From Phoronis australis (lineage: Eukaryota; Animalia; Phoronida), in contig NMRA01000015.1 of NCBI GenBank assembly GCA_002633005.1, forward strand, positions 256,054 to 320,053: 64,000 nucleotides of DNA. The letters are read 5' to 3'. Below are positions 24,928 through 34,802 of this stretch, piece by piece. The notes under the pieces are model-generated. The model saw only the letters and a program-made list of their open reading frames with translations. It did not search any database and was not told the DNA's origin. The first letter of the stretch is position 1; each line of letters opens with the position of its first letter. The position numbers and the translations under genes were made by a program.

Positions 24928-26363
24928 CCGTATTTGCCCTATTAAGCATCCATGCCCCATGTGTTTTCAGACTTCACTGAAACAAGCACCCAGCTTATGA
25001 ACGTATACATGCGAAAACTGACTTTTCTACAGTCCTAAAATTCTACAGTAAAGTTTTCACTTCATCAACAAGATTCAGCAGTCCTGACAAATCATTGTGC
25101 ATGGAATTTCTAGACCACCAGCCTCGCTGCTATGTTGGCATTTAGCTGTGACTATACACTTCAAACTTCCGCCGTGCTTCAAGAAGAATGCAACAGTTTT
25201 GCAAATTTCCCAAGGAATGTGTCCCAGTCCCACTACGTTCTGGTCTTTGACAACAGGCGCAGCGTACTTGTCAACGGGTTTGAATCTTTCGCGTCCAGTT
25301 TCCAATTCTTCACAACAGGATTGCAATTTTCTTTGTACATGTGAAAACCATGAATCGAAGACTGGTACTCAAAGCGTGCCAGTCAGCTGACAACTGTTTT
25401 ACAAATAAAAAAACTTGGGAGTTAGAAGCACGTGGCCAAAGAGCGTGCGCTACATTCCAGTCTAAACAAACTTTACGTGACAACAACATGTTTTCTTAGA
25501 TGTTCGTCCAGCTTTTTTGCTGTTGCAGGGTACACTGCGTAGATTTGGGCTTAACCAGCAGTTAATCCTGACTACACAGGAACTTAAAATCTTAGGGACA
25601 CTATCTGGAAAACTTAAGTGAGGGTTTCAGGTAATTTGTTGAGTCGAAACTGTATTTTTATTCAAGTTACCATAGTGACAGTCGCGAGGCATTGACAGAT
25701 CGGTGACTTTTCACCATGGTATTTAAGTACAGATCATTACTTCACATTGACTCTGATAGCAATGCACCCCAGTGTTGTAGAAAGTCTGTCAGTTTGTTTG
25801 CAATGCACCCCAGTGTTATAGAAAGTCTGTCAGTTTGATTGCAATGCACCCCAGTGTTGTAGAAAGTATGTCAGTTTGATAGCAGTCCACACCAGTGTTG
25901 TAGAAAATCTGTCAGTTTGATAGCAATGCACCCCAGTGTTGTAGAAAGTCTGTCAGTTTGATTGCAATGCACCCCAGTGTTGTAGAAAGTACGTATGTCA
26001 GTTTGATAGCAGTCCACCCCAGTGTTGTAGAAAGTCTGTCAGTTTGATAGCAATGCACCCCAGTGTTGTAGAAAGTTTGTCAGGTTGATAGCAAAATACC
26101 ACAGTGTTGTAGAAAGTCTGTCAGGTTGATAGCAATATACCACAGTGTTGCAGAAAGTCTGTCAGGTTGATAGCAATATACCACAGTGTTGCAGAAAGTC
26201 TGTCAGGTTGATAGCAATGCACCACACTGTTGTAGAAAGTGTGACAGGTTACAGATACACCAAAGAGTATAAATTTGATGAACCCTAGCTTCCGATTTCA
26301 CCCGTTTCAAAGACCAGGTTTCAGCCGCCTTAGCTTACAAATTTTTCTAAGCACAGAATACGG
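24928..26363. mobile_element. Non-autonomous Tc1/mariner/pogo-like element carrying a decayed HIRAN-like ORF (minus strand, ~25075-25330)
   Basis: TA|CCGTATT...AATACGG|TA termini. Internal DKYAAPVVKDQNVVGLGHIPWEICKTVAFFLKHGGSLKCIVT...GGLEIPC. Homologous to 52223-54665. Confidence 0.75.
25755..26250. repeat. Minisatellite, 41-bp unit GATAGCAATGCACCCCAGTGTTGTAGAAAGTCTGTCAGTTT, about 12 copies, inside the transposon
   Basis: Tandem array. Single-copy counterparts lie at ~331-365 and ~54478-54510 in sister elements. Confidence 0.92.
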
Positions 26364-26904
26364 TATATGGCCATGGCATGGCAGTGTGTGCTGACTCACT
26401 CCTTAACACTTTTGTTTCCTTCAGACAGATCTTGTCAGCAATTGGATATGTCTGTAATTTCAGTGAAGATCAAAGTTATGGTGTTCAGAAATGAGAGTCC
26501 GTTGAGAAATTAAGAGAAGTGGTACTTCAGAAAAGAAAAAATCGAAGTGGTTTCAAGTTATACGTATCTTGGTGTCAAGTTCACTCCAAGAATTATTGTG
26601 AACTGCTGCTACTTGGACTTGGCAGCTCAACTTATGAAAGTTGCCATTCCAGGGTAAAAGTACAAAGAAAATTATCAATGTTTCAACCGAGTGTAGTTTT
26701 TGAATATTTTACATGAACAATACCTGCCAATCTCCTAAGTGATCCCTGAGCAGTTGGGCAAATTGAAAGATAGATGTCAAAAAGTCTTAATAATAAAAAA
26801 TAACTGCTAGGTAGCACAGAATACCTCTAATCTGTCCAAAAATATAAAGGTATTCTTGTATCCTCAGTAGAAATCTATGTTCTCAATTTCATGAGCTATG
26901 TTAA

Positions 26905-28492
26905 AGGTGAATGCCACCCGATTTCATTAGTCTTTTTTGCCGTCTTAATCGGTCTATTTCCACATCGCCTCGCATTCGGTCGACCTTACCTTGCCAAGAG
27001 GTGTCGTGTTAACCTGCGAGGAAGGTGAGAAACGACGCTAGCGACGTCAGTGGTTCATATGCAGAGTGAATGCCGCTATGTTGCGGTGTATCGTTCCTGC
27101 TTGTCCGAACTAAGCAGCCGCGAGGAAAGCGAGTATATCGTTTTTTTTTTACTTCCTCGAGAGTCCAAAATGCTTAGGAAGTGGCTCATGGTAGTGAAGA
27201 ATGAAATGTACGCTGTAAATGGCAAGCATGACGCCGTGAAACATCTCCGTGTCTGTCAGTGGCCTGCAGACGACGTCGACAGTGCCTCACGCATGCCGGC
27301 TTACCAAATACCTCCATGCGTTCCGTTGTCTGTGCTTGTTCACGGTGCCTCTCTAGTATTTCTTTATCACTGTATTCCTGTTCGAATTGATAGCCTGTAA
27401 AACTTAACGATCCACCTGCGAAGTCGGGATTGATGAGCCGCTCTAGCTCGTCCTAAGTCGGGATTGCAAGTTTTTGCCATGTTGGCGTTTATTACTGAGC
27501 GTTCTGTTTCAAAATGAATTATTCTCACACTAACCAATACTTGTATAAAACTGAAACAAAGTCTGTCTCATTAGATGCAATTTGTAATCCTTTTGGAGTG
27601 TTCGTGAGTGCACGAAATGATTTGAGAAGCCAGCAATGAATAAATCACTGCATTACTGGCTTTAGTTGCAATAAAACTAATTGACGGGATACCGCGAGGC
27701 CGTGTGAGCTCATGCTAACTTAGTGTTTGCTGGCAGAAACTGTTGTGAAAAAACTCGATTTCCACCCCACGACCAGGTGTTAAGGGAATCTTTATTTACA
27801 TTTACATTACTCAAATAATGATTGTCAATGTGCAACTTCTGCCCTGACGGTGCTGTGGCCAAAGCGGAACTCGCGGCCCCCGACGAGTAAGTAGATTTGC
27901 AGTTTCGTGGCTAATTCACCAACATAATCACGTGCACATTACCTTGGCTCACTAGTATAGTATTTTCTTGACTGGAAGTTTAGTTTCCACTGAAGTTTGG
28001 CTGGTTTGTTCGACGGGCCTGATCGGGCTCCGAGCCACTGGCCAGGATAACAAGCGTTTTATGTTTAGAACTCAGAAAATCACAAGTCTAAACAACACAG
28101 ATCTAGGTTCTCCTGTCTGTATCTCACGGAAAATACTTCGAAATTATCTCCGAACACACCCCAAACTCCTGCTACGGACCTTATTGGCCTGCCGAACTGT
28201 GTAGGCTACCGTGTGTCCAAATACCAATAAATCCGTAAGAGCGAAATAAAAAAACACGTTTTTGATGATTTATTGGTGCTAAACGATGATTCCAAGCGAT
28301 AAGCCGACACCAGTAACCCGTGTTGTGAACTGCTGAACAGAATGCGTGTGAAACCGATGACGTAATTGGATAATTTCAACACCTCCGTCTGCCGTCAGGT
28401 GTCAGGTAACGCAACCGCACGTGTTGCTATGGAGTAGAACTACTCGATCTAAATTGATACAAATTAGGTTGTTTTTTGGGTGGCATGCTCCT
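26905..28492 (+). mobile_element. Kolobok-like DNA transposon (deleted) with a frameshifted THAP-domain remnant
   Basis: TTAA|AGGTGAATGCCACCC...GGGTGGCATGCTCCT|TTAA (TTAA TSD, RR terminus). From 27070: MPLCCGVS, then after a frameshift FFLLPRESKMLRKWLMVVK...LRVCQ, resembling THAP. Confidence 0.75.
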
Positions 28493-28593
28493 TTAAGGAT
28501 GCCACAGAGGTAAAACAAAATTATAAATTGCCACTAGGGGACACAACATGAAAGTCAAGGCCATTAATAAAAACACTGCTAAATTACACAAAT

Positions 28594-28725
28594 ATCCAAT
28601 AAGGGGCCAAGGAGACACAGCTGCGTATGCTACAAAGATCCAATAAGGGGCCAAGGAGACACAGCTGCGTATGCTACAAAGATCCAATAAGGGGCCAAGG
28701 AGACACAGCTGCGTATGCTACAAAG
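28594..28725. repeat. 44-bp tandem repeat, 3 copies
   Basis: ATCCAATAAGGGGCCAAGGAGACACAGCTGCGTATGCTACAAAG x3. Confidence 0.9.
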
Positions 28726-28866
28726 AGGCGCCACAGTAGTCACACCTGACTGAAAATAAACTTTAGTCACACTCTTCTCAGCAACAGCACATATGCTAAT
28801 TTTCATAATGACCCTTCAAGCGATTTAACAGATAGAAATGTGCACACCAAAAACAGACATGTAAAT

Positions 28867-30142
28867 AACAAGAGCAACGCGGAACGTTGAAATGCGCCCA
28901 CTGCAAACCGGGTGCTTCTAGGGTTGTTTATGCGTATCATAAAATGGCCACTAGAAGGCGCAAAAACGTCCAATCCATTCGAAAACGTGAACTTTCCATC
29001 ACTTCTTTAATAGAAAGCTATTTGTCAAATTTCATAAAAATCTGCAAAGGAACTTCAGAGAAACGGAAGAAAATGGAAAAAAATGAAACTGCCACTAGGG
29101 GACACAGCGTTCGTTGGATCCACATAAAAGTCGTCGTCGTCTGTTGTTAGCTTCATATAAATAAATTTAATAAAGATCCTGCAATAGGTTTAGGGGATAC
29201 AGCTATGGCGCAAAACAAAACAAAACTATCACTAAGAGGCGCCACAGTAGTCGAAGTCATCGCCAAACGTCCTCTTCACACTGAGAACATATACGCCAAT
29301 CATCCTCAGAATGGTTTGGTTGATAGAGGGTAGACTCAAAAACAGCAAAAATGGTCACTAGGTGGCACAAAATACCTCGATTCCATCCGAAAACAGGAGG
29401 ATAGTGTCATCTCACTAACAGATGCCTACATTCCAAATTTTCAGAAAATCTGTTGAGGACCTTTGAAGATACAGAGGTACATGTGAAAAACTAAAGTTGC
29501 CCCTAGGAGGCACACCGGTTGTCAAATCTGTCCAAAAGTCGTGGTCATCCGTTGTCAACATCATATAAATACACTTACTAAATTTAGTAAAGATCCTACG
29601 AACAGTTTAGGAGATACAGCCATGGGCGCTAAAAAAATCTGCCATTGGGAGGCGCCACAGTAGTCAAAGTCGTCAGAATACCATCATGAGCCGTCCTCAT
29701 CATAGTAAGAACATGCATGCCAATTTTCACAATCATCCTTAGCACTTTGGTTGATAGAGGGGTGGACGCCAAAAAACAGGCTCGAAAACAATGGCCACTA
29801 GGTGGTGCAAATTATGTCAAATCCAACCGAAAACGGGAGGACAGCGTCACTCCCTAATAGATGCCTATACGCCAAATTTTATGAAAATACATTGAGGACC
29901 TTTGAAGATACAGAGGTAAGCATAAAAAACTAAAAATGCCACTAGGGGGCACATTGGTAGTTGGATCTGTCCAAAAGTTCGCTCATGCCATCCCATTCAT
30001 GAAAGGAACACATGTGCAACACTTCATGAACATACGTCAAAGGATTTTGGAGATAGAGCAGCGGACGCCAGATGTCGGACGGATACCGGACGGAGATGAC
30101 GCATAATATGTCCACGTATAAATCACTGGACTCATAATAAAA
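28867..30142 (-). mobile_element. HINE/DINE-1-like element, same family as 16691-17982, flanked by older fragments of the family (~28500-28860 and ~30145-30370)
   Basis: AACAAGAGCAACGCGGAACGTTGAAATGCGCCCAC end, homologous internal units, GGAC-type microsatellite remnant and degenerate hairpin end. Confidence 0.8.
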
Positions 30143-33100
30143 ATGGGGAAGGCGTCCTAGAAACCTATCTGCCAAATTTCATGAATATCCATCAAGAAAC
30201 TCCGACGATCCAAAGACAAACATAAAATACTAAAACTGCCACTAAAGCGCACAGCCATAGACGGATCTGACTCACAATCATCACCTGTCATCAGCTCCAT
30301 AGGAACACATCTGCCAACTTTCACCAAGATCCTTCATGGACACCTAGGCAGCGGTAATGAAAATTGCCAAAATTCCAGGTCGCATTTTCAAAATCCAGCT
30401 TGCATTAATTCCAATTAATTCCAGGTTTCAAATATTTCGTACCATTTTTACATGCCGAAATTGATTTTTAGGTCATCCAGAAAATGTTTGTGCCCATACT
30501 GCAGGTGCTAACTACACCCAAATTTCAGGTTAAAAAAATTGAATTCTTACATGCATGTATAGCGGTACCGTTCTCCACTGCCATTGAAATTCGCTGAAAG
30601 CGCATGTTACGATGCAAACCAAAACTATGTTACCTGAGATCCCGTAAGGGTTTCGTAGGTATATAGGTCTATGGTACATCCCTTCGCGGTTTCGCGTTGG
30701 CATAATCTGTCGCAAGGCTAGTTGCCGACATGATAGCTGAATCAGTAATATGCAACGTGAAAAGGAAGAAAATACTTGTTGAAAAATTACCTGCGACTTT
30801 TCTAGCACTGTCCTAAATGACTGTCATCAAAGTCATTAAAGATGCAAACTCCCTTCATTTGTTCAACATGCTGTCGGAAAAAGCTGGTAAACGTAGCCAC
30901 AGCCAAATAACGTATTGATGCGCGGGAACAATTCAGTGCAAATTTCACACCAAAAATTTGTGTAACTTGTGCTCTTCACATGTTCAATAATGAAAAGGCC
31001 CGAAATAATTCCGACTCCGTGCGGGTTTCCATTATTGAATGATTCGAGTTTGCCTTAGTACGGAATACATTGGGTGTCCAAATGCTGAACGAGGCGCACA
31101 GTATTTAAGTAGACATTACTATACAAGTTGCCACATGCATTCAATCTGGCTCACAGTGCTCACATTTCTGTTCTGCTGAAAGAATGTGGATGGTGCACCT
31201 GCAACCAACAACATCTTGAGTGGCAATATCAAGTAACAGAAGATGACGGGCAAGTTGTCTTGGCACTGTCACTTCTAACTTTGTGCACACCTTCACATTC
31301 ATGGTTATAACGGTATCTTGATTCGTTCCAGTCCCCTGCAGTAGTTGCAGACAGCATCACAGTAATTCACACTTGCAGTTAACCACAGGAAGTGAGAGAT
31401 GGGCAGGTTTTTTATATTACAAAATTAGGAATTCTAGTTATTCACTTAATAACAACCTGACAATTCTTCAGTAAATTCATACAAAGATGATTTGTAAAAA
31501 TTGGCATTTTACTATTTTCTAAAGGCTGACTACTTGGTTACGTATAACATATTTCATAATAACAGCCATCAGTCATCGTCATCTTCGTCACCATCACAAT
31601 CACCATCATGATCATTACCATCAAAGTCATCATCCACATTCACAAACCTCTTAATAACTTATCGTTGTCATCTTTCCTCCTTTTTATTCAATGACACCTG
31701 TCATTTTAATTCTTATTGATATCGAGATGTCACTTGTTCTCTGCGTGAGTTTTACACTCAAGGCACTAATGAAGTCAGAATGACAGATTAAAACTTTCAC
31801 TAATTTGATCCTTCACCAGGCAAAGATTGAAAGACATGCTATCATATTTCATCATTCACGATATTCTTAATAAAGCTAAAACCTTGATCGATCAAAAACT
31901 CTTACCTAACAAGGAAAATTATGCTATGCAAGGCTGAAGTAATAAAACTGAATCCACAGAGAATAGATTAATTTGCCACAGAACCAACAAATGTAGTGAA
32001 AACTACTCTAGGCAAGATTGATAGTTTTGCCAACGTAAAATATAGAATGTGTTGGATTTTAAACAGGATGTGAAGAATGACACTAATTATTTTCATACAC
32101 TTGTAAATGGTAGGAGAACAATTTTCAGTTAGCCTCGAAGTCACTACTCAATATTTGTTTGAGAGTACAAATGAACTGAGTCTTTTGGTGTCCTCTTTGA
32201 TATCGCTGTCTAGTCGTAACGGTAAGCGAAGTTCAGGTGAAGGTTCAGTACACTGAAGTTCACCTAATGGGAAAGTGTTTTTAGAAAACAACAAGCCATT
32301 TGTGCTCATGTTTACATTTCACGGGCATTTCATTGTTGACCTAAAAAAATTGGGCAAGGGTTAGCCCCAATCCCCGTGTTACGGCAGAAGTACACTGGCC
32401 ACATGGGCATTTCATCAATGTTCACCCAGTAAAAACATGGGCAGGGATTCCCGGGAATCTGATTTCAAAATTTTTTGGTACATCTGAAAACTTATTATTG
32501 AAACCACTACAAACACACTTCCAGTTTACGAAAAAAAGTGTTGTCTTTACCAATGGAAGGTAAGATAACCAAGGATTAACAAAACGGATGATTCTTAGTT
32601 AATTTATATTTTAAGAATTCATAAAAAGTGTCTCCAAGGAGACGTAGTCATGAAGTTTAAAAGGTTGACTTTTTAATTGTATTGTATCAGTTGAAGTAAG
32701 AAATCCAGCTTCAGGCAAACACAACACATGCTTTGTATGACTGCTTTATACCAGTAGACATCACGTGCCCTTTACGACCAGGGCTGACTGAGAGCTATAT
32801 GCCTCGAATGCAAATGAGCACGGCTCATAGCTCAGTACATTGCTTACATCTGCCAAAAATGAACCTAGAAAATTTTGCCTCACAAGGTGATAAGCTGAAC
32901 ATCTCACTTGTCGGATTTCTTTCACCTGGCAACTGTAAATCCTTATAACATGCGGGTGAGGTAAGAACTTAGTTGATTACTACTAATACCCCATGAAAAT
33001 GTATTATTGCATCACCTGACAACAAATCTCTCTTGCAAGCTCATTGTTACTGTGTGTTGCCCATTACTGTGTGTTGCCCTGTTTACTATGAACTTAGTTC

Positions 33101-33688
33101 AGAGGTCAGTGAGCATTTCACCTCGCTGTGTGCAGGTAACAATGACATGAGGTAAAAGTCACTTGAGACAGACAGCTCAGCTCGAAAATATCTGTCCACA
33201 CTGGATCTTATGGCAACCAATGATGTGTATAGTCCAAGACCCAACACAAAATGGTACAGACATTCCAACAGAGTCAGAAGCAAAATGAATGTCACAAAAG
33301 TTAACCAAACAATTTCTAAAACATCCACACAGCGCTAATTAGGCCAAGACAAAATAATCAACTCCAGACAGGAATAAATCTAGTTACCGTTAAAAAATCT
33401 TCCCCTTTGAAGAAATCAACTCAATTCAACCATGGTTTTATCAGATATATTTATGAACGCTAACTCGGCGTATTAAATGATGGCTGGCGCTGCATGGGAC
33501 TAGGTAATACAGAGTTTACACATGAGAGAATGTCAGCAGGTCACTGCTGGACCACATGACTCCTAGAAGTCATGTTTTCATCAGTGGCTTATTTATGTCC
33601 TTGAGACAACAACACAATGTAAGTCCGGTATTAGCTTTGTCCGACTGTACACACAGTCTGATAATTTACATGAAGTTTCAAAAGTTAC

Positions 33689-33911
33689 CTATGGTGGCGT
33701 TGTCATACACCCGCAGGTCGTATGATCCCTGATATCCGACCCTGTAGTTTGTCCGGGAGCCGGAATCCCACTGTACAACTACCGTCTTGTCCGGCGATGT
33801 GGTGCTGCCCGTCCGACCCACTTCAACTACTGACCCAACATGACCTTCACCGTCATCCTGCCCATTCCACTTCCAGTCAGGCCCGCGTACAACACGCAAA
33901 CCCACCTCCAT
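33689..33911 (-). CDS. MIB2: E3 ubiquitin ligase mind bomb 2, first coding exon (first Mib_herc2 domain)
   Basis: [75 protein letters not shown], donor GTAAC. An upstream acceptor (TTCCAG) puts the exon start at 33980. The sequence resembles MIB2 rather than MIB1. Confidence 0.93.
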
Positions 33912-34350
33912 CGAACACAACTGATGGGCTTAGATCTAGGTGGTGTGCCTATGTCCTTTCAAATGCATAAAGTCCTGGTTCTGGAATAATAAACAGACAC
34001 TTACAGTTCATGCTGCAATAGACCAGGGACTCGTTTTACCAAGTCATATGCCTGGTCTCAGCTAACATGTTCGAAGGTACGTGATTTCAAACACAATTCT
34101 GTTTCTCATAGAAACAAAACACTGCAACTACTGTAAATCCAACCTAAGCCAAATTCACACTGAAAGGCCAACTTCTTCATAGACTGAGCACAGCAGAGTC
34201 AGTAAAACTGTCTTATGTAGGTGTGACTAGGCGTATGACCTATGTATTAAAACTGGACCCTGCAACTCTAATGAAAGCAAACTGTCACATTATTCTGGCC
34301 TGTGAACTGTATCGGCAATTTATTTAACATTACACCTTCAAGAGATGGGT

Positions 34351-34430
34351 TAAGTTGTCACACCTGTGTCAAGTTGTCACAACCGTGTCAAGTTGTCACA
34401 CCTGTGTCAAGTTGTCACACCTGTGTCAAC
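34351..34430. repeat. 19-bp tandem repeat CAAGTTGTCACACCTGTGT, about 4 copies
   Basis: Directly visible. Confidence 0.85.
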
Positions 34431-34802
34431 TTGCACTAGTTTAAGGTGATCGTATAGACACAGACTTGTCTTGAAGATAAAATTTCGAGTTTGAGAAAGC
34501 AACCCCCATTTCAAAGACTGACAAGAAATTTGACCTCAATTTTAATGATTTAGGTTACTAAAATTAATGTCCCACTTTTATGTGTAATTTGCTTCTTCTC
34601 ATAGCTCATTTTATCACTTATCCAAGAATTTCATTCATTTTTTGCAAGAACTGGAGTATCTTGTGTTTGATCTTGACATTATGTGCTGCACACTTGGATG
34701 AGGCACAAGGAACACTTGACTTTTGATGGAGATTTACAATGACTGCACATTCATAACAGGAAATCACTTAACGGTACCTGCCGGATTTCGCAGTAGGCTT
34801 AC

